This document shows positions 35,134-46,334 of a stretch of 64,000 nt of DNA, in pieces. The position numbers were made by a program, and so were the translations under genes. The DNA lies in assembly GCA_963697165.1 (NCBI GenBank), contig CAVOMX010000006.1, positions 5,206-69,205 on the forward strand. Direction: 5' to 3'. Below the pieces are notes generated by a model. The model was not told the DNA's origin, made no database searches, and saw only the letters and a program-made list of their open reading frames with translations. Within the stretch, counting starts at the first letter, position 1. Every line of letters starts with the position of its first letter. Origin of the DNA: Candidatus Bathyarchaeota archaeon. GTDB lineage: Archaea; Thermoproteota; Bathyarchaeia; Bathyarchaeales; Bathyarchaeaceae.

Positions 35134-37092
35134 TTAAGGTGGAGCATAGAGGAGGGCGCAATCAACTTCCCAGCTATCTTGAGTTGTATCATTTATTTCT
35201 GAAGTTCCCAAAAACCTTAAGGTAACAGTTTCTTCAGTTATTGACCGAGTGACATTATTCCATTGATTAGATGCAAGATCAGTTATGAGACTGTCCCATG
35301 ATGCTCCATTCCAAATATAAACATCAAGAATTTCTCCACTTGCAGATCCAGTAAATATTGATATTTCATTGTAGTTGTTACTAACATCGACTTCAGTGAA
35401 TTGAATTTCAAGGTCCAATTCATAGTTTGCGTCAGCTAAACCTGAAAGATTAATTACCCCAAACCTGTAAGTTCCTGTGTTTCCTGTTCTATGTGACCAT
35501 TCGGCAACATTTGTTGTGGATGTTAAATATCCTCCTGATGATCCTCTAGCATATGCTGTTCCTGTTCCATCAGTATACACATACCATTCCAGAGCACTTT
35601 CATCTAAACTTGTAAGTCCTGAAACAGTATGATTGTCAGATGTTGGAATAGATTGTGAATCGGTGTATCTGTTAACATTAATATTGTCATTTTGGATTAC
35701 ATGAACAAAAACTTCTGTGCCTCCTAATCCTGCTGTGCTGTCAAAAGTTATAGTTACCCCAGTAGTGCTTCCTGATTGTGGCTCTATAACAAATCCTGTA
35801 TCCTCTAAAGCATGATCTCCAGAAACATCTCCAGACATTGATGCTTCTATAAAAGCTGTATCCCAATCTCCAACATCAAAACTGCTTCCTGTTCCATCTG
35901 AACCATCAACCAAAGCTACATTATTAGCTCCTGTGGATAATGAAGAACCTAAAGCGTGTCCAACATCCCAGTTTGATCCAGTAAATTCTACAACAACAAC
36001 ATAAACTTTTACTTCTGTTCCTGTTTCTCCACGTTCAACTATTAGGTTATCGCTTGAATCAATATGTGCATGAGAAATAACTCTGTTTCCATCATTTCTA
36101 CTGTTTATATTTCCGATTACTCCTTGAACGAAGGGAACACATTTATCTTTATCAGATATTCCAGAAACAGCTTGAGAGTTTGTTTTAGATCCAGAAGCAA
36201 TAGTAACTGCTCCTCTCCATCTAACAACAAACTCGTTTGGTCCTCCAACTGATCCATTGTATCTCCATACTTCACCTCTAATTCTAACTGTTGCGGTTTG
36301 TCCTGTTGCTCGGTATACTGTTAATTCATCTGTGTCTGTTAATTGAGCTCCAGCAGAAAAAACATTCCAGTTAGTATTTGAGCTAGATCCTGTTGGTCCA
36401 GCTGAAGTTCTTCTTGCAACATTATTTCTAAAGAAGGCATTTTCCAAATCTCCAACATCATTTACAGAAGTTGTTGAACCTCCAGCCCCAAAATCAAATT
36501 GTATGTGTTCAACTTTTATTACTGCTTCAGCTCCTCCATTTGTTTCTGTTAAAGTATCAAATATGCTGTCAGGACCAACTCTTTGATCAGCAAAGTTCCT
36601 GTGAGTTCCCTTGTCTGAAGAACTGTCAATATTCGAAGTTGTGTTTACATAATGAGTTGAAGCAAAGCTTTGAACAACTGAAGAGGACGGTGAACTTGAA
36701 ATGTATGCAACATTTGTGCCAATTGCAGTTGTAATCACAAACTCATATTTTGTGGACTGGCTGAAACTTTGAGTCACTCGTAGAACTGTAGTTGCTCCTG
36801 CATCCAAAGATGAGCTACCTGAGATTATGGTTACATTATTTGCTGAGTTGCCATTTACTTTTACTTCGTTTATTGTAGCAGATTCTGTTCCAAAATTGTT
36901 GACTTTTAAATCAGCATATGAAACATCTGAGGTCCATTGACAATTAGTTATTTCAAGTTCTTCTACAGACATAAACGAGATTGTCATAGAACCCAACCAC
37001 GTTGTTGCTGCTATAGCCACAGCTACCGTTACTGCAATTAGAATAATGCCTGAAATAACTGGACTCAAGGCTCTCTTATCTCTAAGAATCAT
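35134..37092 (-). CDS. Archaeal type IV pilin-like protein with a large beta-rich C-terminal domain
   Basis: Class III signal peptide KRA/LSPVISGIILIAVTVAVAIA; S/T/G-rich extracellular region. Confidence 0.85.
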   Translation of the reverse strand: MILRDKRALSPVISGIILIAVTVAVAIAATTWLGSMTISFMSVEELEITNCQWTSDVSYADLKVNNFGTESATINEVKVNGNSANNVTIISGSSSLDAGATTVLRVTQSFSQSTKYEFVITTAIGTNVAYISSSPSSSVVQSFASTHYVNTTSNIDSSSDKGTHRNFADQRVGPDSIFDTLTETNGGAEAVIKVEHIQFDFGAGGSTTSVNDVGDLENAFFRNNVARRTSAGPTGSSSNTNWNVFSAGAQLTDTDELTVYRATGQTATVRIRGEVWRYNGSVGGPNEFVVRWRGAVTIASGSKTNSQAVSGISDKDKCVPFVQGVIGNINSRNDGNRVISHAHIDSSDNLIVERGETGTEVKVYVVVVEFTGSNWDVGHALGSSLSTGANNVALVDGSDGTGSSFDVGDWDTAFIEASMSGDVSGDHALEDTGFVIEPQSGSTTGVTITFDSTAGLGGTEVFVHVIQNDNINVNRYTDSQSIPTSDNHTVSGLTSLDESALEWYVYTDGTGTAYARGSSGGYLTSTTNVAEWSHRTGNTGTYRFGVINLSGLADANYELDLEIQFTEVDVSNNYNEISIFTGSASGEILDVYIWNGASWDSLITDLASNQWNNVTRSITEETVTLRFLGTSEINDTTQDSWEVDCALLYAPP

Positions 37093-37272
37093 CTTTTTAC
37101 ACGATTATCATTAAGTTCTAGTTTATTTTTGAAATAGATTATGAATTAGAGGAACATATTTGAGAAATGAATTCTAAAATAACGGAGGCTTTCTTTTTCT
37201 CTCTTACTTACTCACCCTCACGTGTGAAACGCGCGCGCAATTATCAATATGCACGCTCAAAAGGGGTAACCC

Positions 37273-39864
37273 TTATTTATTCGTAAAGACCAGTTTCCCG
37301 TTCTTCTCATCGACGACAATTACCGAGTTTTTATTAACTTTTTCTTCAAGAATCATTTTTGACAATTCATTCTCTAGGTTTTTTTGAATCACCCGCTTGA
37401 TCGGTCGTGCGCCGAACTGTGGATCAAACCCGATCTTGGCGATATAATCCACGGCTTTTTTCGTGACCGTCAATTTAATATTGCTATTTTCCAGCATCTT
37501 TTGGACAAGTTTGAGTTGAAGTCCCACTATTTTCCGCACTTCCTCCTGTGTCAGTGGTTGAAACATGATAATCTCGTCGACGCGGTTCAGGAATTCAGGT
37601 CGAATGCTTTGTTTCAGCAGATCGAAGACCTGTTCTCGTGTCTGATTCACGATCTCTTCGCGGTTTTGTTCATTTACTCGCTGGAGGTTGTCCTGAATTA
37701 TGTGGGAACCAAGGTTGGATGTCATGATGATGATGGTGTTTTTGAAATCCACGGTCCGTCCCTTGTTATCCGTCAATCGGCCATCGTCCAGCACCTGAAG
37801 CAGGATATTGAAGACATCCGGATGAGCTTTTTCGATCTCATCAAGAAGGACCACAGAATAGGGTTTTCTTCTTATCGCTTCGGTGAGCTGCCCGCTTTCC
37901 TCATACCCAATGTAACCGGGGGGAGCACCGATAAGCCGTGAAACTGTGTGCCGTTCCTGATACTCTGACATGTCAATCCGCACTATGCTGTTTTCGTTAT
38001 TAAAGAGGAATTCTGCCAAAGCTTTGGCTAATTCGGTTTTTCCAATCCCTGTGCTGCCTAGGAAGATGAAAGATCCGATCGGTCGTTTGGGATCCTGCAG
38101 ACCAGCCCGGCTTCTCCGAATGGCATCAGCGACGGCCTTGATAGCTTCATCCTGGCCGACAACCCGCATATGAATTTCCGTTTCTAGATTAAGCAATTTC
38201 TGCTTTTCGCTTTGGAGCATTCGGCTCACAGGGATACCTGTCCAGCGAGAAACGACTTCAGCGATCTCTTCCGCATCGACTTCCTCATTCACCATGGCGG
38301 ATTCTTTCTGTAGCTTAGACAGTTTGTTCTTTAGAGTTTCAATGGTCTTCTCTGCTTCTGGAATTCTAGCATACTCAATTTCAGCAACCTTTCCTAGGTC
38401 CCCAATGCGGTTCGCACTCTCCGCCTCAAATTTCAGTTGTTCAATCCTATTCCGTTTAATCTGAATCTTATCCACAAGATCTTTTTCAGACAGCCACTTC
38501 GCCCGCAGCTGATCCCGTTCCTCACTAAGGTTCGCGATCTCCTCATTCAGCGATTCCAGTTTTGTCTCATCTTTCTCCCGTTTAATGGCTTCCCGTTCAA
38601 TCTCTAACTGGCGAATCTTCCGGTCTATAGTCTCCAGTTCTTCAGGAACCGAATTAATTTCGAGTTTAAGTTTCGAGGCTGCCTCATCAATCAAGTCGAT
38701 GGCCTTATCCGGGAGGAACCGGTTGGAAATATATCGCTGCGAAAGTTCAACTGCGGCAATGATCGCCTCATCTTTTATCCGCACATGATGATATGTTTCA
38801 TACCGCTCCTTCAACCCTCGAAGGATGGAAATCGCGTCCAGCGTATCAGGCTCATTAACCATCACTGGCTGGAACCGCCTTTCCAGCGCTTTGTCTTTTT
38901 CAAAATATTTCTGGTACTCATTGAGCGTCGTGGCGCCGATTGCCCGTAATTCGCCCTTAGCTAGTGCGGGTTTTAGAATGTTCGCGGCATCCATTGCTCC
39001 TTCACTGGCACCGGCTCCGACGAGGGTGTGAATCTCGTCGATGAAGAGTACGATTTCGCCCTCAGCCGAAACCACTTCCTTGATCACGCTTTTCAATCGT
39101 TCTTCGAATTCACCTTTATATTTTGCACCGGCGATAAGCGCTCCCATGTCGAGTGAATAAATTTGCTTTGATTTCAGATTCTCCGGGACATCGCCATCAA
39201 TTATCCGGTGAGCAAGTCCCTCTACGATGGCGGTTTTGCCAACTCCTGCCTCGCCGATGAGGATTGGATTGTTTTTTGTTCGTCGCGATAGGATCTGAAG
39301 GACTCTTCGGATCTCCTCATCGCGACCGATGACTGGGTCAAGTTTTCCCATTCGAGCCAGATCATTTAGGTTCAACGCATATTTATTCAATGAATTGTAG
39401 GTCTCTTCGGCAGTTTGTGAATTCACAGTCGATCCTTTCCGCAATTGCTTAATTGCCGTCCTCAAATCCCCTTCGGTGATCCCGCTACTCTCGAGCAGTC
39501 TTGAAGCGATATCATTTAAAGGTATGATTCCTAAAAATAAATGTTCGATAGAAATGAAATCATCCTTGAATTCAGAAGCAAATTCTGATGCCTTCTGAAG
39601 GGCTTGGTTAGCACTAGATGAAAAATATTGTTGTCCACCAACAACCTTAGGAAAGGAATCAATTAGCTTATCAAGCCCCTTTGATAATCTATCGGGGTTT
39701 ATATTTAATTTTCTCAATAAATAGGGAACTATATTTTCATCAACCAGCAACATACCTTTCAACAAATGCGTGGGCTCAATTGATTGGTTTTGTTTAGCCA
39801 TGGCGATTTCCATGGCTTTTTGGATGGCTTCCTGCGCCTTAATAGTAAAATTATTCAAATTCAT
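37273..39864 (-). CDS. clpB: Chaperone ClpB
   Basis: Two AAA+ domains (GEAGVGKT, GSTGIGKT) and a coiled-coil middle domain. Confidence 0.96.
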   Translation of the reverse strand: MNLNNFTIKAQEAIQKAMEIAMAKQNQSIEPTHLLKGMLLVDENIVPYLLRKLNINPDRLSKGLDKLIDSFPKVVGGQQYFSSSANQALQKASEFASEFKDDFISIEHLFLGIIPLNDIASRLLESSGITEGDLRTAIKQLRKGSTVNSQTAEETYNSLNKYALNLNDLARMGKLDPVIGRDEEIRRVLQILSRRTKNNPILIGEAGVGKTAIVEGLAHRIIDGDVPENLKSKQIYSLDMGALIAGAKYKGEFEERLKSVIKEVVSAEGEIVLFIDEIHTLVGAGASEGAMDAANILKPALAKGELRAIGATTLNEYQKYFEKDKALERRFQPVMVNEPDTLDAISILRGLKERYETYHHVRIKDEAIIAAVELSQRYISNRFLPDKAIDLIDEAASKLKLEINSVPEELETIDRKIRQLEIEREAIKREKDETKLESLNEEIANLSEERDQLRAKWLSEKDLVDKIQIKRNRIEQLKFEAESANRIGDLGKVAEIEYARIPEAEKTIETLKNKLSKLQKESAMVNEEVDAEEIAEVVSRWTGIPVSRMLQSEKQKLLNLETEIHMRVVGQDEAIKAVADAIRRSRAGLQDPKRPIGSFIFLGSTGIGKTELAKALAEFLFNNENSIVRIDMSEYQERHTVSRLIGAPPGYIGYEESGQLTEAIRRKPYSVVLLDEIEKAHPDVFNILLQVLDDGRLTDNKGRTVDFKNTIIIMTSNLGSHIIQDNLQRVNEQNREEIVNQTREQVFDLLKQSIRPEFLNRVDEIIMFQPLTQEEVRKIVGLQLKLVQKMLENSNIKLTVTKKAVDYIAKIGFDPQFGARPIKRVIQKNLENELSKMILEEKVNKNSVIVVDEKNGKLVFTNK

Positions 39865-39979
39865 TTTCTTTTATCCTCATCCGACTATTTTCGAATTTCA
39901 TTAATCGGAATTGAAAAGCTCAAACTGTAACCTCATTCATTTTAATTATAAACTTAATCTAAATATTTTTTTGTGTGTA

Positions 39980-40006
39980 GAGTTAGAATTTAACCCCAAA
40001 CCCAAA
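39980..40006. repeat. Palindrome site with CCCAAA tail
   Basis: GAGTTAGAATTTAACCCCAAACCCAAA. Confidence 0.7.
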
Positions 40007-40016
40007 TTTTAATCCA

Positions 40017-40268
40017 TTAATCCTCTCCATATTCGTCTTCTGCTAATTCGACTGACACTGAATCTTCATGGCTAGATTTTTTAAGGCGTTTTGCAGTTTT
40101 GGGTGTCATTTCTCTTCCTCTCATAAAACCGTCTTCTGCAGCAGTGATTTCATCGTCTTGCAGCATTTCTTCTCTTTGTTCATCATTATAGATGTCTTCT
40201 GTTTCAAGTTCATTGGACACTTTAGAATCGTCAGTTAAAACGAACCGTTTCTTCTTTTTTGCTGTCAT
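40017..40268 (-). CDS. Small acidic hypothetical protein
   Basis: 83-aa ORF with DDEITAAEDGFMRG. Confidence 0.65.
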   Translation of the reverse strand: MTAKKKKRFVLTDDSKVSNELETEDIYNDEQREEMLQDDEITAAEDGFMRGREMTPKTAKRLKKSSHEDSVSVELAEDEYGED

Positions 40269-40305
40269 TAAATCACATCTTATATAACTGTTGAACTTCT
40301 ATAAA

Positions 40306-40321
40306 GGGTTAAATTTTAACC
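40306..40321. repeat. Palindrome site
   Basis: GGGTTAAATTTTAACC. Confidence 0.8.
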
Positions 40322-40435
40322 AAAAAAAAATTACGCTGCTTATGTAACTTGAATTTCAACGGATGAAAAGTAGCATTACAACGAAATTAAAGTGGAATGA
40401 AAAAGAAAAAAAGAGTGTTGTTAGTTTTGTTTTTC

Positions 40436-41281
40436 TTATGATGTTTCTTTTGTCATTTTCTTTGCGAGGTTGTAGATTACGGGAACAAGCATTATACCCA
40501 TAGCAATTGCGAAAGCCCATGAAATGTTAGCAATTATATTTGTTACTCCCGAGAATGTAGCGAAGATAGCACCTGCACCAATAATTAGGAAAATGCTGTA
40601 TAGAACAAATTTTGCGTATCCTGCAACTGGCACAAATTCTTTATGATCATCAGTTATAGATTTTATTAGTCCGTCAGTTAAAGCAATTCCAGCGCCAATA
40701 ATTACGAAACCAAGAATCAACGAATAAACAAGGTCTCCTCCTAGTAGCATAATGTCAAGAGCCATCATCAAGATTACAGCGAGTAAGCCAATCTGTAACA
40801 GATTTTTTAGCATATCAGCAATTTCTTCTTTAGCTTCGGTAAAAACAGGTTTTAGCGTATTACCTACTAGAGTCGCCAAGAATCCAACAAGGACTGTTCC
40901 CAAGACGATTATTACGACTCCACCCAATAGCCTAGGTAAGTATGCTGCGATATCCACCAAGAAATTGCCTACTGTTCCGCCAATGTTGAGGATTTGTATA
41001 GCTAGAACTATAGAAATTACTATTATGAAAGCTGTTGTTATGCCGCCAATAAATGATGACAAGTCCATTCCGCTTTTTTTGAAAGATTTTCCAGTGTCTG
41101 TTTCGTCAAAACTCTTCTCAAGACCCATCTTTTCGACAACTTTGTTTACTGTTCTTCCAAGAAATTTTCCAACAACATACCCAATGATAACCACTATGAT
41201 AGCTGCGATTATTGCAGGTAAAGCACTAGTAACATCAGAAAGAAAATCATTTAACATTACTCCAAGATCCACATAAACCAC
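40436..41281 (-). CDS. MscS-associated TM-helix repeat membrane protein (CmpX-like)
   Basis: Repeated LPAIIAA / YLPRLLGG TM motifs. Confidence 0.7.
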   Translation of the reverse strand: MVYVDLGVMLNDFLSDVTSALPAIIAAIIVVIIGYVVGKFLGRTVNKVVEKMGLEKSFDETDTGKSFKKSGMDLSSFIGGITTAFIIVISIVLAIQILNIGGTVGNFLVDIAAYLPRLLGGVVIIVLGTVLVGFLATLVGNTLKPVFTEAKEEIADMLKNLLQIGLLAVILMMALDIMLLGGDLVYSLILGFVIIGAGIALTDGLIKSITDDHKEFVPVAGYAKFVLYSIFLIIGAGAIFATFSGVTNIIANISWAFAIAMGIMLVPVIYNLAKKMTKETS

Positions 41282-41715
41282 CAGTTATTATATCAAAGGA
41301 TTTGCTTAAGATACTTGTTATAGCCGACACATGAAATTTAATCCAAATAGCTCGTGCGTTGATTCTCGATGAAAAAGTCAACTCTTTTTTCCATAAACTG
41401 CATCATAAGTTACTTCTGCCCCCAAAGTCACTAGTAACGCAGCAATTACTGTAGCGAGTTCTGGACTAATTATTATCGATATCCCAACCAGTATTTCCGA
41501 GAAAAGAATATTATTCAAATAGTTTTGAATGAAACTCTGGAAAAAAAAGCTATTTTCAATCGATTTTTTTCTACAATGGGTGATGTTGTGATGTTTTGTG
41601 ATTTTGTGTTGTGCGTATAAAGAAAGAAAAAAGGATTAGAAAGTAGACAAAAACTAGAGAAAACAGAAAAACGAATGTATACAGACAGGAAACAAGACAG
41701 AAAACAGAGAGATAA

Positions 41716-41737
41716 AGGCTAAAATTTAACCCCAAAC
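41716..41737. repeat. Palindrome site
   Basis: AGGCTAAAATTTAACCCCAAAC. Confidence 0.7.
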
Positions 41738-41889
41738 ATTTTAGAAGCTGCAAACCATTGGTCTTACAATTAACAATCACTCAAGTCTCTAAACAAAGTG
41801 CCTTTGTTATTGTCTTACTACAGCCACATATATTTAAGAGAGCTTGAACCTGTTCAGAGATTGTTTAGGTGTAATATACGAAAGAAAAA

Positions 41890-42966
41890 GTGATCTTAAG
41901 GATGGCGCGGTTTTCAAACTATTTCGTTGAAGAAAAAAAAACTGATTGCTATCAAGAAAAGTTATGGCTGGGGCTGAGGATCTATCGTGGACTATTATTA
42001 AACTTGTTTGGAAGAAGGATTCCGCTGTTTTGTGGGCACAAATTAACCTATAAATGTAATCTTCAATGCAAGATGTGTCCTTTCTGGCAAAGACCCAGCG
42101 GAGATTCTAGTATAGAGCAGGAAAAAGCGATTCTAAGGCAAATCTATGCTTCAGGTGCTTGTGGGATCGCGTTTGAAGGCGGAGAGCCTCTTCTGAGAAA
42201 GGATTTGGCGGAAATTCTTGCTTTTTCTCGGTCGTTGCCTTTGCACACAAGCCTTGTCACTAATGGAACTCTCCTCGAATCCAGAATAGACGAGATAGCC
42301 CCATTCATAAACGGCGCTGTCTACGTTTCGTTAGACGGTCTAGAAAAAACGCATGACACGATTAGAGGCGTTAGTGGTTGTTTTAGAAAAGCGGTAAGAG
42401 GCATAATGGCGTCCAGAGAGAAGGTCTCAGTGACAATCAACACGACGATAATGGCTGAGAATATCCACGAGATTGAAGATTTGGTGAAGTTGGCAAATGA
42501 ATTGGATACAGTAATATCGGTGGCTGTAGCGCATGAGTACGGTCAAGCCAAGGCTTCCGCAGCTGCCAGTCGCGAAATCAGAGAAATAGCTGGAAAACTT
42601 GCCAAGATGAAAAAGAGTGGGTATCCCATTATTAATTCACCCAGTTATTTTAAAGTCATTGCTAAAGAGAAAAACTGGACCTGTAAACCTTGGGTATCAG
42701 TTAATGTTAGTCCAGAGGGCAATTTGGTCCTGCCCTGTTATGTTCGGAATGAATACGCGAGTAGCGTTTCGGTTTTTGAAACCGATATCAAAACTGCAAT
42801 CTCTGGATTTGACTGGAAGGAAACACAGAACTGCCAAAACTGCAGTCTCCATTGTTATGTAGAGCCTTCTCTGGTACTTTCAGGGGATTTTCGAACTTTC
42901 CTGAATTGGGTGGCTCAAATTAGCGGGCTCAACTCTAAAAAAGTAAGAGCTAAAAAAGTCGTTTAA
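41890..42966 (+). CDS. Radical SAM protein with SPASM/twitch-like tail
   Basis: CNLQCKMC, GGEP, TNG, SLDG motifs and C-terminal cysteines. Confidence 0.9.
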   Translation: MILRMARFSNYFVEEKKTDCYQEKLWLGLRIYRGLLLNLFGRRIPLFCGHKLTYKCNLQCKMCPFWQRPSGDSSIEQEKAILRQIYASGACGIAFEGGEPLLRKDLAEILAFSRSLPLHTSLVTNGTLLESRIDEIAPFINGAVYVSLDGLEKTHDTIRGVSGCFRKAVRGIMASREKVSVTINTTIMAENIHEIEDLVKLANELDTVISVAVAHEYGQAKASAAASREIREIAGKLAKMKKSGYPIINSPSYFKVIAKEKNWTCKPWVSVNVSPEGNLVLPCYVRNEYASSVSVFETDIKTAISGFDWKETQNCQNCSLHCYVEPSLVLSGDFRTFLNWVAQISGLNSKKVRAKKVV

Positions 42967-42997
42967 CTTGAATCAAATATATTTTACTGGTAAATTA

Positions 42998-43023
42998 GGC
43001 TGCGAATCCCACTCCCCACACCA
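42998..43023 (+). other. Possible degenerate tRNA 3'-end fragment (att scar)
   Basis: GGCTGCGAATCCCACTCCCCACACCA resembles the T-arm/acceptor/CCA end of an archaeal tRNA-Leu; no 5' half present. Confidence 0.35.
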
Positions 43024-43111
43024 TTATTTGATGCAGTTTTTAGTAATCTTTAAATCGTGTCGTCTTTTTTTTCGACCTTGATTAGCGATGGATGTTGTTA
43101 CGGCTGTTCTT

Positions 43112-43140
43112 GTTTGGGTTTGGGGTTAAAATTTAACCCC
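43112..43140. repeat. Palindrome site (perfect arms) with left GGGTTT tail
   Basis: GTTTGGGTTT GGGGTTAAA A TTTAACCCC. Confidence 0.85.
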
Positions 43141-43369
43141 CCCTTGACGGAACGACGGACGATCTGAACGACGGCGTCCAACGTGGGCGACGAACGACGG
43201 ACCAAACGACGACGGACGGGATGTAACTGTATACACGGTTTAGGTACTACCTGTTACCTATTTCCTTTGGACTGGGACTAATTCTGGTTCGCATATTATG
43301 AAACAAATAATGAAAAAATAACTATACTAAAAAGCTTTAAATCGGCCTATAAAATATTAGAAGTAGAAA

Positions 43370-46334
43370 ATGTGGAGACAAAAATTGTTTAAAAAAGTTT
43401 GTTTTCTAATTTTGCTGATGCTAGTCTTCTCTCTCTTTATTTCTTCTGCTTTTAGCCAAACCGATAATCAGGTTCCTGTTGCTGATGCAGGTGGTCCATA
43501 TTCTGAGATCGAAGGAGCGGTTGTTAGTTTTGATGGTACTGGATCTTACGATCCTGACGGAAATGTGACTTCTTATTATTGGATTTTTGGTGATGGAGAA
43601 AACGGTTCAGGAGAAACAGTTGCTCATACATACAGCCAAGAAGGAAATTATAATGTTACTTTGACTGTCTACGATGATAATTTCGATTACAGTACAGATA
43701 CAACATTTAGTAAATATCGAGGACGTCGATCCTATAGCCAATTTTTCTGCTTTTCCCACTTCTGGAAATGCACCATTAAATGTAACATTTTATGACCAAA
43801 GTAGTTCATATGACGGATTAATTTCTTGGGAATGGAAACTTGATAACGGTCAAATTTCTTACGATCAAAATCCTGTCTTCACTTATGATAGAAAAGGAAA
43901 ATATACTATAGAATTAAAAATAACGGAATCTGATGGTGATGAGGACACTTTTAGTATAAATGATTATATTGAAGTTTTTGTTCCAAATCAGGTTCCTGTT
44001 GCTGATGCAGGTGGTCCATATTCTGAGATCGAAGGAGCGGTTGTTAGTTTTGATGGTACTGGATCTTACGATCCTGACGGAAATGTGACTTCTTATTATT
44101 GGATTTTTGGTGATGGAGAAAACGGTTCAGGAGAAACAGTTGCTCATACATACAGCCAAGAAGGAAATTATAATGTTACTTTGACTGTCTACGATGATAA
44201 TTTCGATTACAGTACAGATACAACATTAGTAAATATCGAGGACGTCGATCCTATAGCCAATTTTTCTGCTTTTCCCACTTCTGGAAATGCACCATTAAAT
44301 GTAACATTTTATGACGAATCTTTATCTTATGATGGCGTGGTCTATTGGTTCTGGGACTTTGGGGATGGGACAACTAGCGAAGAGCCAAACCCTAGTCATG
44401 TTTACACGGAAGGAGTTTACACAGTAAATTTGACTGTAGAAGAAATTGATGGAGATTTCTATAATTATTCAATGCCGGACTTAATTAACGTAGGGCCTCG
44501 TCCTAATGCTTCTCCAGTAGCCAATTTTATTATCGAATCAGTTAATCCAAAAATAAATGAACAAATAGTCTTTACAGACACTTCAACTGACTCAGATGGT
44601 TCAATCACATTCTGGTATTGGAACTTTGGAGATCAAACAACTTTAACTATAAGAAATCCTATGCACCAATACCAAAACCCCGGTGTTTATAATGTAACGC
44701 TTACAGTAACAGATGATGATGGAGCAAATCAAAACACAACACAGCAAATATCAATATCTGAAAACACTCCACCAATAACTTCTCATGATTATGATGGATT
44801 GTGGCATAACACTACTTTTACAATAAATTTGAAAGCAACTGACATCCACAACAGTATACTTGAAACATTTTATAGAATAAATGACGGTCAATTGAAAAAA
44901 GTAAGTGTTGATGGTCAACCCCAGATAACCCTAGATGGTTCAAACAATAAACTTGAGTTCTGGAGTGTTGATATCTTGGGAAACGATGAAATACATAAAA
45001 CAATTTCAAACATAAAACTTGATAAAACACCTCCAGTTGCCGATGCAGGGCAAGATGTTTCAGTTAATGAGGATGCTATCATAACCTTAGATGGAAGTAA
45101 TTCTCATGACAACTTGGGAATTAACAACTACACTTGGATTCTTAATGATGAAACTCTTCAACAACTAAATTCAGTTACTCCTCAATACATTTTTCATACA
45201 CCAGGAGTTTATATTGTGGAATTAATTATCGCTGATTTTGCTAACAATTTAGCACTTGATGCCATTAAAATAAACGTCATGGATACCACTGACCCAATCG
45301 CTAATGCAGGTAATTATTCAGTAGTCAACCAAGGAGAAACATTGACATTTGATGGATCAAAATCAACAGACAATGTTAAAATAACTAATTTTGTCTGGAG
45401 TATTAATGATGAGACACCCCAAATAGTAGAAGAAGTAAATGCAACACACACATTTAGATTTCCAGGGGTTTATGAAATCAATTTAACAGTTTTTGATGAA
45501 CAAGGCAATTTTGGTACAGACAATATTTTTGTTACAGTAATAGACAATACTTGGCCAGTGGCAAATGCGGGTCTTGACCAAAATGTTGAGGAAGATACAT
45601 TGGTATATTTAGATGGTTCAGCCTCTTTTGATAATGTTGGAGTTGTAAGTTATCTTTGGTCTTTCATCGATGGTGAAGTTCAATCCTTGAATGGAATTAC
45701 TTCCAGTTATTCTTTTGAAACCCCAGGAACATTCGAGATCACTCTAACTGTTTCAGATACAGAAGGTCATTCTGCTAACGATACTGTTATTGTAGTTGTT
45801 AGAGATATTACTGCTCCAAAAATTGAATTTACGGAATTTAATAAAATAATCGAAGGAATTCCCACAACTTTTGATGCTAGCAAATCATATGATACATCTG
45901 GCATCGATAGTTTTTATTGGATTTTTGGGGATGGAAATGTAGAAAACGGTTCTGATTCTTCAGTTTCCCATGTTTATAATGAATCTGGCACATACAGTTT
46001 GAAGTTGTTTGTAACTGATAAAGCTGGAAATGTTAACTCTGGCGCGATTTCCGTTAACGTTTACTCGGATCCTAACAATTATCCTTCATCCGAAACAAGA
46101 CGAAGTAAATCCTGAACCGGAAAATCCAAAACCCTTAGATGCTGACATCAATCCAGATGATGGAGGGCTGAATGAACCAGAAGAATACGAGAATAAATAT
46201 AAATTCTGAAGATAATGATTCCTCTAGGTTTTATTTTAGCAGATATTTTGACAATAATAATAATTGTATTACTAGTGGGGTATGTACTGTACACAAAACG
46301 GCAAGTGCTTATTGATAAAATTAATGAGTATTAA
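43370..46334 (+). CDS. Large surface protein with many PKD domains and a TM anchor (frameshifts near 43707 and 46100-46200)
   Basis: Signal peptide; repeated PVADAG / WDFGDG / HxY..G.Y.VTLTV; TM tail MIPLGFILADILTIIIIVLLVGYVLYTKR. Confidence 0.85.
43466..44315 (+). repeat. 330-bp intragenic direct repeat (43466-43796 and 43986-44315)
   Basis: Copies appear identical except one extra T in copy 1 (CAACATTTAG vs CAACATTAG). Confidence 0.9.

Noticed and set aside
37384-39031. Long antisense ORFs over clpB and similar shadow ORFs elsewhere
   Set aside because: They lie opposite well-supported genes and have no recognisable motifs
42998-43023. Functional tRNA gene
   Set aside because: Only a 3'-end-like fragment; no D-arm or anticodon arm upstream
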